A stretch of DNA of 64,000 bases from Azolla caroliniana (Eukaryota > Plantae > Polypodiophyta), in assembly GCA_043228905.1 (NCBI GenBank), contig JBHGNT010000016.1, positions 8,122,001 through 8,186,000 of the forward strand. The letters run 5' to 3'. The position numbers and the translations under genes are program-made. Position 1 is the first letter of the stretch; every line of letters starts with the position of its first letter. This document shows positions 10,348 through 20,420 of the stretch, in pieces. A model generated the notes under the pieces. The model saw only the letters and a program-made list of their open reading frames with translations, did not search any database and had not been told where the DNA came from.

Positions 10348-12129
10348 ATTTTTGTGTGGGCTACTATGATTCAATTACAAAGAAGAAGGCTAGAGCACAT
10401 GTCAATGAGCGTAACGTGGTTAACTACATCATGTGCCTAGCTGTAACTAAAAAATAAAGACATGTGTCAGGGGATAAAAGTATGGTGAACCCTTATCAAA
10501 AACCTCAAAGATTGATCAACCGCCTCATAGAGCTCTTCTCGAATCCAGATGATTGGGTCCTAGACTTGTTCTCTGGCACAGGTATAATATATATATATTT
10601 AATTTCAATCCTGTCGATCAAGTTTAAGACGTTACTTCTTATATATACTTGTTTGTGTTCATGCGACCATTAGGTACAACGACAGCTTGTGCATTGAAGA
10701 TGTTTAGAAACTGTGTTGCATTGGAGAAGGACCCTACTCAAGTTAACTTCATCAAAATGAGGATCACAGGAATCTGGGACTGTCCAGATCAGGATCAAGA
10801 AGTCGGAGCAAAACACATCAACGAGACAGAGATGTTCCAGATGACTTCACGAGAACCAATGGAACCAATTGATGAAGAAGCAGGGGAGCTGGTGGACCTG
10901 GAAGATGTAGCACAGTTTGACCATACATCAGATTCGGGAGAGCTTGGAGATGACACGAATGAAAACAGTCTAGAACAATCAGCGCCAGAGGAGCCTGCTC
11001 TGCCTGATTTGCTTATAGATTGATGTAGATGGCGTAATGTAAAAATTGAGGATTTTGAGGCATAATGTTCACGATCACTTCATATTATATTTGTATATGA
11101 GAACGTCTGTAATTGTTTATCGTTTAATTAAATTCACCTGTTCATAATTTCCCTTTTTAATCATTATTGGAACCGTAGTTTGTATTTACATATAATTGGT
11201 CACCATGCTCTTCTTCAGTTTGAGATATTAACATGATATTGTAATTTCTCATTTCCGTTAGCATGACTATATATGAAAAGGCGAATGTTTTTGATAATAA
11301 GAGGTTTTTAGTTACCTACGGTTCAAGTCTACTGGTTCCACATAGTATAAATGAATGTCGTACGTAATTGTTACTCTTACCAATTACATTGTCATGAACT
11401 ATATGACATTATACAATGAAACTATCGATATACCCGTCCAACAAGTGGGGTACTACTTTATTCCTAAACCCAAAACCACATATTTATAATTACGGTTTAT
11501 GTAGTTTTACTCTACAATTTGAACATGGATACCAATTTTAGAACTTTATATTGAACCAAGTCTTCAATTGTGCTCCATGATATGCAAATTGACACGAATG
11601 TGGACACATATACAATTTAGTAATTGCTAGGTTTTTTTTTGTTCTATATTTAACCATCAGGTCGCAAAAGGGGTACGCATGCATTGTATATTTTCGATAT
11701 CAGGCTAAAATAGGGTACTTTTCTACATCTGGCCAACTATGCCAAAAGAGAATACGACATATTACTTGTTTCAAATGACCCGGTGTTATTTGTTTCTTGA
11801 CTTAGAGAAACTTTGTAAGAAAATGCTTTTGAAAATTTTCAAACTCTTTCCAAGTAGTTTAAGTCACCATTTAGTGACTTTTGAGCTCTTCTCTATTTTT
11901 GGGCTTGCTAGTCTTAAGCCTTGCGTTGAGAATCAAGCTCAACATAGTGCAATGTGTGAACACACCTTTTGAGAATCTATGATTACTCAAAGGTCAAGAG
12001 TCACACCACTACTCTCTACACATTAACTATGTGTCATAGAATCATATTCTATGACACATAACTAATGAGTTACATATTCCCCATTACTATGAGTCTTCAC
12101 ATTCCCCAAGAGAGATTGGTTGTTGTAGT

Positions 12130-12892
12130 TGATGGGAACTTGTCGTTCCTTATGCGCAAGACTCGGCCACAACCGAGATTCTTTTCATACACAGAAAACG
12201 GGAAATAGAACACGACACAAAGAAGAGAAATGGTACACAGGAGGTTAACGTGGAAAACCCCAAACTAGGGGAAAAACCACGGTAGCCCACAGGCTGCAAA
12301 CTGTCACTATGTATGAATGTACAAAATAGTGAGTACACGGAGGCAACGACCTCGGACTCACGATCTTCGCCACAGGCGGCGGTTACAACAGAGGCAACGA
12401 CCTCGTTCTCTCTCTCTCTCTCTGTACAGTTACGCGCTCTCTCTTCTTCTTGCACCAATAAGGAAAAAAAAAAAACAGCAACTAACAATTACTAAAAGTT
12501 TGCCCAAAGTCATATTTATACTAATATGACTTTTCGGCTATTTACAAATGTAGTCACAATGGGCTCTCAGAAACATATTTACGAATATGTCTCTTCCTCC
12601 GGTTCATACCGGTTCTGCACCATCTGGCTCTCCGTAGCCGGGTACTCCTCATCCGGTTCACACCGGGCCTGCACCATCCGGCTCTCCGTAGTCGGGTACT
12701 ACTCATCCGGTTCACACTGGGCTTGTATCATCCGGCTCTCCGTAGCCGGGTACTCCTCATCCGGTTCACACCGGGCCTGTATCATCCGGCTCTCCGTAGC
12801 CGGGTACTCCTCATACCGTTTCGGCCTCGGTCGAGTTTGTTCGTTGGCACTGTTCTTCTCCCTTCCCATCCGGAGAGACCTGTCTCCCAACA
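12130..12892 (-). mobile_element. Solo LTR nested in the Copia 5' LTR
   Basis: Termini TGATGGGA...TCCCAACA; TSD GTAGT at 12125-12129 and 12893-12897. TTAACGTGGAAAACCC...AAAACCACG motif shared with the solo LTR at 48002. Strand is inferred. Confidence 0.8.
12592..12815. repeat. 54-bp CCGG-rich tandem repeat, about 4 copies
   Basis: Unit resembles tcctcatccggttcacaccgggcctgtatcatccggctctccgtagccgggtac; seen as 18-aa periodicity in ORF 12526..12900. Confidence 0.9.
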
Positions 12893-15800
12893 GTAGTTAG
12901 TTAATGAAGAGAGAGGGTGACTATATATAAAGCACCCTCCTCATACTTCATATTAAGTTGGTTGTGAATCCTTGTAATGTTACATTTTTGTATTTCATAT
13001 TCTCCTTGTGAATATACATCTTCTTCTTCTTGAGTATTCTATTTCCATTCTATCTAATCTACCTTGTGTTTTCTCTTCTCTCATCTCTTTTCTCTCACAG
13101 ATACACACATAACACACATCTCTTCCGCTACACAAGAATCATACCTAATTCTTTACATGGTATCAGAGTGGTTTGGTAGCTCGATCTAGCCCATCCGCGT
13201 GTGTTGTGTTCTACGCCGACGTTCAAGAAGAACTGGCTCATCGCTATCGTAGTGCGATTACATAGCTCGTGTTTGAGAGAGAAGGAAAAGAAGAAAGAAA
13301 GCTTCATCGACAATGAATACTCAAATGGGGAGTGTTCTCCCTAGAGAGAAGCTAGATCGAAACAACTTTGCATCTTGGGAGTACAAGATGCACCAATAAC
13401 TTGTCGGCCAAGGTTATTGGGGTTACATCAAAGGAGCACAAGAAAACCGACCCGACCCAAAAGACATCGACTACGCAACATGGGAGCAAGCAGCAAGCCG
13501 AGTGATGTATTGCTTGATGACATGTGTTCACGACCACATGCTCGACTACGTTCGAGAAGCCGAGACACCAAAGGAAGCGTGGGAGAATCGACGAAAGATT
13601 TTCACGACCAACACAACAGTGAGAAAGCTTCAACTCCGCCAAGAATTAAACAACATCCAACAAAGGGATATGTCCATCACGAGCTACACCTTGAAGATGA
13701 AGGAGCTTTGTGACTCGCTCGGCTCGATAAGTTTCAATGTGGACGATGATGAGATGGTACAAATATGCCTCGGTGGCCTTGCACCACGGTTCAACGCGAT
13801 GAGGACCGTCGTATTAGCACGAGAGAATCTGCCCTCCTTCAATCTTCAATCCATGTTGTTGGTCGAAGAAAACCATGTTTGAACAAGGAGCAACGCCTCG
13901 GAAGGCCACATGCTTTACTCACACTCGGACGGAGGAAGAGGACGCAATCATGCAAGAAGAGGCCGATTCGGTCACGGACGAGGTGGATGAGGCCCGACTT
14001 CATTGAGAAAGAGGTCTGCCTCATCGCTCGCAGACGAAGAGAGGGCTGAATGTTCATTCTTGACTTGCACGAGATGAAATCAGCCATGTTCGCAAAGGGC
14101 ACGAAAGACGATTCCGACATAGAGTTATGACACAAGTGGATTGGCAATATCAACCTCCAAAAGCTCAAGGCAATGCAATTGAAAGGAGTTGTCATTGGGA
14201 TCTCGACATTCAAGGAGAAAGAGACTGAAGGCATGTGTGCCGCTTGCCAATTCGGCAAGCAACATCGGCACCCATTTCCAAAGGAGCGGAACGTGAGCAA
14301 AGGCGTACTTGACATAATCCATTTCGATGTATGGGGTTCGGCTTAGACGGCTACATTCGGTGGATGCCGATACTACGTGGCCTTCATCGACGACTTCTCC
14401 AGGCACACCTGGATCTACCCCATGCGGCAAAAAAACGAAGTGTTCGGACGCTTCCAAAACTTTATGAATGATGTCGAGAAAGCCACGGACCGACATGTAC
14501 GATTTCTTCGGTCAGATGCAGGCAAGGAGTACTTCTCCGACGAATTTTCGGCTTTTCTACAGAAAGAAGGAATTTAGCGACAGTTTTCGTGTCGACATAC
14601 GCGACAACATTTTCGAGTGGTACAAAAGGGGTACAAGTGCTATAACCCCTCAACTCGAAAATCTCGAGTAAGTCGAGACATCATTTCGACGAGTCCACAT
14701 CTTGGTACATACCAGAGACAACTTCGACTCAGATTCCGCCCGACTCGGAATCTGTCAAAATAGAGATAGAAGCCGAAGATCGGTTCACACGCATGTTCGA
14801 AGAAAGCCCAATTATGACAAGGCTTAGTGGGCCACAAGAGCCTCCGAGCGATCAAAGCATATCTCGGCTGAGTCCGAAGCTGGACAAAGTGAAGACGAAA
14901 ATGCCGGTGTATGAAGACGATCACTTTGACGGCAACGAATCAACTCACTCCCTCGATAGTGAGTTCGAAGGCCTTGACATTTGGACAAATGGAGCGAAGA
15001 AAGCCTTAGTATCCGCAAAAAAGAAGCTCCGCCGATCCACTTGTGAAAAGAACCCTATAAGCTGATTCGGCTACAACGATTATATGGCATACCATTACGC
15101 CTTTATGATGAAGGTAGCGACAATACATGAGCCAAAAATGTTTCCCGAAGCCAAAAAGGACCCCAGATGGGTTGAAGCGATGAATGAGGAGATGCAAGCA
15201 CTCTCCAAAAACAAGACATGGGATATTGTCCCCCACTCACCGCAAAAGAAGGCGATCGGATGCAGATGGATCTACAAGGTGAAGTATAACGCCAATGGCT
15301 CTGTAAACCGCTACAAGGCTCGATTCGTAGCAAAAGGATACACATAGACGCATGGAGTTGACTACAAAGAGACATTTGCCCCGGTGGCAAAGATGACGAC
15401 TGTGTGGACCGTGATCGCACTTGCAACGACGAAAGGATGGCACCTCCACCAAATGGACGTCAAGAACGCCTTTCTTCAAGGAAAATTAGAAGAGGAGGTG
15501 TACATGGTACAACCACCCAGCTTTGAATCCAACATTTATCCGAAAGCCATATGCCAACTCAAGAAGCCTCTCTACGGCCTTAAGCAAGCACCGCATGCTT
15601 GGCATTCAAAGTTTACGCAATATCTTCATCAAATTAGCTTTCGAATGTCGAAATCCGACAACTCCCTCTACGTACGAAACAACTCTAGACGCTTGATTGT
15701 CATCATCCTATACGTGGATGATCTGGTCATTGGAGGAGAAATTTTAGTCGACATCAACAAGGTGAAATCCCTCCTCTCCAACAAACTCGAGATGAAGGAC

Positions 15801-17022
15801 ATGAAGGAACTTCATTACTTCCTAGGCATCAAAGTAATTCGGATTCCGACCGGCATTATGATCTCTCAACGACACTACATTCTCAACTTGTTATACAAGT
15901 TCGGGATGACAGAGTGCAAATTTGTGGAAACTACCCTTGATCAAAACCTCAAACTAGATGCCGATTCTGGCACAAACGAGTGCAAGCCGACTCAATATCG
16001 ACAACTGATTGGGAGCCTCATCTATCTCACGATCACGCAACCCGACCTCAACTACCGGTCGGCCTCGTTAGCCAATTCATGCAAACTCGACGAGATATCC
16101 ATTTCGATTGTGCTAAATGAGTAAATTACGATATGTGAGTGGCACAATGGATTACAACATCCTTTACGCATCAGCCACACCAATGCAACTCGAAGGGTAC
16201 ATGGATGCCGACTGGGCCGGCTACAAAGCCGATCGACGATCAACCTCTGGTTTTGTCTTCTCCCTTGGTAGCGGAGCAATTTTGTGGAGTAGCAAGAAGC
16301 AACCAATTGTAGCTCTTTTGAGTACAGAGGCGGAATACAGGGGCGCAACCGTAGCTGCATGTGAAGCCATATGCCTGAAGCGGAATTTGAGGGATCTGGG
16401 CGTTCCCATCAAAGATCCGACTCCCATTTACTGCGACAACATGAGCAATATATATCTGGCTCGGAACCCAGTGTTCCACGCACACACAAAGCATATCAAA
16501 GTGCACTACCACTTCATTTGAGAGCGTGTTCAGGCCGGACGATCTTCTACACATCAACACGAATCTTCAGACAACCGACATCTTCACCAAGGCCCTAACC
16601 ATCACATGACCCGATCTCAGCTATTCGGTTGACCTACTTAGCCAATTCATGTAGAATCCTTGAAATGGCCATCTCGATTGCGATAAGAAGGTACTAAGGT
16701 ACGTCCATGGGACGATGGAGTTCGGCATCACATACAAGTTGGATAAGATCAGCTGGCTCGAAGGGTACACAGACGCAGACTGGGTCCGCTATAAGGCCGA
16801 TAGACGATCGACTTCCGGATTCGTCTTCTCCCTCGGCATCGGAGCGATCTCCTAGAGCAGCAAGAAGCAACCAATAGTTGCATTGTCAAACACAGAGGCC
16901 GAATACAGGGGCGCAATAGTCGCCGCTGCAAAGCTGTCTGGCTCAAACACATCTTGAAGAACCCGGGTGTTCCCATCACGGATCCAATTCGCCTCTTTTG
17001 TGACAACATGAGCAACATCTAT

Positions 17023-20000
17023 TGTGAAAGTGTTTTTAGAATTCAAGGTATTGAAATCTACAAGAATATAAGGTATGGTGCGTTCACATCCGGAGGGCAA
17101 GATCACGAGCTAAGGTCTTGAGGATAAGTCAAACAAAAAGCAATAAAGATGGAGAAAAGTAAAAGAAGAAAAAAGCGGGCACCAAAATGCAGTCTACAAC
17201 GAACGCTCATAACTCATTCGTTTGGAAGCCAAATATAACGTGTAAATATGGGTTAGAAAGCTTATGACGAGAGCTATCCGTAGCTTTTTAAAACTCTAAA
17301 TTTGGAGCATGGATGAGGGAGATATGACGATTAGAAGATCGTTGTGTCATAGCTAAGAATAGGAGATGGAAAAGCTCTAAAAAAAGCGTGGAAAAGAAAG
17401 CAAACGAAACTTATCTACTAGAGGGGAACTTCATATAAAGCAAGAAGAGTGAGGTGGTGAGAAGAGGCCTTTTTCTTGTGGGGTTTTTCTTGCCTATTCA
17501 TGTAGTGCGTTTTTTCTAGTGATCAATTCATCCTTGTAGGTTTGAGTTTATGTATCTTCTTTCTCTTGTTTCTATGATCATCACTCCTTATTAATATATC
17601 TTTGTAGATTTGGGTTTCTATATCTTCCTTCTCTCTCTTTTCTATCATCATCTTCCCTATCATTTTGGCGCTCCAGGGAGGGTCGATCCTTTCTGTATAA
17701 CGGGAGGAACGGTTGTCCACTAATTGATGGTTGGATCTACCGATTCATCATCAAACTAATGGCACGATATGGAGTTCGCGATGCGACAGATCTACGAAGA
17801 GAACTTTTCCAATTGCGTATGGTTTCACCAATGTGCTATCTCGAGTATGAGAAGACGTTTTTGGATATATGGTCCACTTGGATTGGACTTGTTGGAGGCG
17901 TTGAAGATGTATACTTCAAGATGGAAAGATTCAAAGCAGGGCTAGATCCATATTTTCAATATGAAGTGCATATGAAGTACCCAAGGTCTTTCCATGATTT
18001 GCTTCGAGTATGTCAAAGTTATGATCAACAATTGAAGAAGTTGTTATTCGGTGAAGCATATGGATTATCGGCGTCATATACCATAAATCCAAGCTATAAT
18101 AATTGTGGATCGGTCATGAGCCAACAACCAGCCTACTTGCAATGTCCGATTCAACAGGTTCCCTCATATCATTATTCTAATTTTTGGAGTTATAATGATG
18201 TCTATGAAGGTGATTCCAGAGACAATGAAGAAGAGGTGATGAATGTGGAGTCCCCCCATCTAGTTCATGAGGACAACCATGATATAAAGAATGATGATGT
18301 GAAAGACGAATCTAAGGAGATAGTTATGAGAAGCGATGTTATGGATGGTGATGCCAATGTACATCATGTTGAGGACATTATTGATACAACAAGTGATATG
18401 GTGGTTGATGATGAATATGTGCAAGGTGAAATGGAAGATATGACAAAAGAAGTTGTTGATGGTGAAGTACCCACAACGAAGTTGCAAGATGAAGAAGGTA
18501 ACCTAGAAGTGATAGCTGGAGATTGGCTTTTGGAGATCAATGCGTGTAAGGAAGCATTGGTAAGTGCCAAGTTGCAGTGTATGAAAGTGTTCGTGCATGA
18601 TTTATGTTTTGGATTTGCATTGAGTAGCAACAAAGTTATGTGGGCATCAACTCTTCAACAACAATTTGACCAAGAGCCAAGAGATTTACTTGTAATGCAT
18701 GATTGGAGTATCATTAACTTATCACCATCAAAGGATCCACCACAACTAATCAAATGTATAAAGGAGAAGGAATCATCTATCGACAATGGCAATCAAGAGG
18801 AGGAAAGCATAACAATTGATGAATCTTCATGGGATAGGGAAAACAAATCATTCCACATGGTGTCTAAGGAGGAAGAAGAAGTCATTGAAGAGAAAAGTAT
18901 TATCACCCTAAAGGGGAAAAAGAAGATGATTTCAAACGATGTCCAAGGAGAAGAGGATCTAAGGTTTATTTCTCTTTTTTTTAAGTTTACAAAGTTATTC
19001 ATAAATGACTATTCACAGATAAGAGTAGAAGGCATCAAGCACCACATCAAGTTAGAGAATTTGAAGTTTGTCTCACTTATTGTGGTTGTTCCAAAGGAGA
19101 AAGACGTCAACTTCCAATCCTTGAATGATTCAACCAAACGAGATTTATTTTTGCTTCCTTTTCGAGATGAGATTCTAGATGAAATGGTCATACATAAAAA
19201 ACAAGGTTATGTGGAGAATGTGGTGTGCCAAGAAGAAAGTCATGTTGATGAAGCAAAGATTGACATAATTCAAAATATGACAATTCTGACAAGTCTCGAA
19301 GCTTTGAAGGTATTTGTACAAAAGGTTCGCTCGCTCGAAAGATTTATTCATATGTTAACATGCTTACTTCTATCAAGAGTTATGTATCACATAGACCTAC
19401 TTCTGTTTGGAAAGTTGATGAAGATATACTAATTGTTGTAACCTCTTTCTTTGTGTTGACAAGGAGAAAGATGGTGATGGCAATTGTCAATGTGTATGTG
19501 TGTGTGTTTAGAAGTGTGAGGTTTTTCCTATCGACTAGCGGGGGTTTTACTCACATAGTTTGTTTCTTTTCTATTTATTTTCTCCTTCTTTGTCTATAGC
19601 CATGAATAAGGCGAAGGAGAACCTTTAGTTTTATTAGTAGCTTAGGGTTCACCATAAATGGTTCACAAAAAAGCAAGGGGGAGGGCTAAATGTGAAAGTG
19701 TTTTTAGAATTCAAGGTATTGAAATCTACAAGAATATAAGGTATGGTGCGTTCACATCCGGAGGGCAAGATCACGAGCTAAGGTCTTGAGGATAAGTCAA
19801 ACAAAAAGCAATAAAGATGGAGAAAAGTAAAAGAAGAAAAAAGCGGGCACCAAAATGCAGTCTACAACGAACGCTCATAACTCATTCGTTTGGAAGCCAA
19901 ATATAACGTGTAAATATGGGTTAGAAAGCTTATGACGAGAGCTATCCGTAGCTTTTTAAAACTCTAAATTTGGAGCATGGATGAGGGAGATATGACGATT

Positions 20001-20330
20001 AGAAGATCGTTGTGTCATAGCTAAGAATAGGAGATGGAAAAGCTCTAAAAAAAGCGTGGAAAAGAAAGCAAACGAAACTTATCTACTAGAGGGGAACTTC
20101 ATATAAAGCAAGAAGAGTGAGGTGGTGAGAAGAGGCCTTTTTCTTGTGGGGTTTTTCTTGCCTATTCATGTAGTGCGTTTTTTCTAGTGATCAATTCATC
20201 CTTGTAGGTTTGAGTTTATGTATCTTCTTTCTCTTGTTTCTATGATCATCACTCCTTATTAATATATCTTTGTAGATTTGGGTTTCTATATCTTCCTTCT
20301 CTCTCTTTTCTATCATCATCTCTCTTTTCA
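17023..20330 (+). mobile_element. Non-autonomous Gypsy-derived LTR element (640-bp LTRs, single ORF)
   Basis: LTRs 17023-17662 and 19691-20330 are near identical. TSD TCTAT at 17018-17022 and 20331-20335. PBS TGGCGCTCCAGG; PPT AAAAAAGCAAGGGGGAGGG. Confidence 0.93.
17759..19432 (+). CDS. 557-aa Gag-like protein fused to acidic spacer and condensed RT remnants
   Basis: N-terminus LRRELFQLRM..YEKTF..KMERFKAGLDP is Gag-like. C-terminus FVSLIVVVPK..NFQSLNDSTKRDLFLLPFRDEILDEM and DEAKIDIIQNM..LKVFVQKVRSLERFI echo Gypsy RT start and end. No YxDD motif. Confidence 0.65.
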   Translation: MARYGVRDATDLRRELFQLRMVSPMCYLEYEKTFLDIWSTWIGLVGGVEDVYFKMERFKAGLDPYFQYEVHMKYPRSFHDLLRVCQSYDQQLKKLLFGEAYGLSASYTINPSYNNCGSVMSQQPAYLQCPIQQVPSYHYSNFWSYNDVYEGDSRDNEEEVMNVESPHLVHEDNHDIKNDDVKDESKEIVMRSDVMDGDANVHHVEDIIDTTSDMVVDDEYVQGEMEDMTKEVVDGEVPTTKLQDEEGNLEVIAGDWLLEINACKEALVSAKLQCMKVFVHDLCFGFALSSNKVMWASTLQQQFDQEPRDLLVMHDWSIINLSPSKDPPQLIKCIKEKESSIDNGNQEEESITIDESSWDRENKSFHMVSKEEEEVIEEKSIITLKGKKKMISNDVQGEEDLRFISLFFKFTKLFINDYSQIRVEGIKHHIKLENLKFVSLIVVVPKEKDVNFQSLNDSTKRDLFLLPFRDEILDEMVIHKKQGYVENVVCQEESHVDEAKIDIIQNMTILTSLEALKVFVQKVRSLERFIHMLTCLLLSRVMYHIDLLLFGKLMKIY

Positions 20331-20420
20331 TCTATCTCGCTCGAAACCCGATATTCCACGTGCAAACTAAACACATTGAAGTGCACTATCACTTTATTCG
20401 TGATTGTGTTCAAGACAGTG

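Larger units (their letters stand above)
2924..11023 (+). pseudogene. Spliced ParB/Srx-like domain + beta-class N6-adenine/N4-cytosine DNA methyltransferase gene (~900 aa), disrupted
   Basis: Exons: 2924 (or 2630)-4380, 4463-4601, 4664-5130, 5220-5280 joined to 10353-10581, and 10674-11023. All introns are GT-AG and the phases are consistent. Motifs: YYVIGGSHSAEARRQL (ParB-like), LLIADIPYG (motif IV), NPYQKPQRLINRLIELFSNPDDWVLDLFSGTGTTTACALKMFRNCVALEKD (motifs X, I, II). Disrupted by in-frame TAG 3509-3511, TAA 10455-10457 and the Copia insertion. Confidence 0.85.
11924..16594 (+). mobile_element. Degenerate Copia element: 5' LTR 11924-13157, internally deleted gag-pol, no own 3' LTR
   Basis: LTR start (c/t)gttgagaatcaagctcaac; PBS TGGTATCAGAG at 13158. 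Gag from ~13313, IN/RT/RNaseH fragments 14000-16590. The protease and half of the integrase are missing. Confidence 0.85.

Noticed and set aside
2630-11023. MTase gene as bacterial contamination or a restriction-modification system
   Set aside because: It has four phase-consistent GT-AG introns and a plant Copia insertion with TSD; no restriction nuclease partner is visible.
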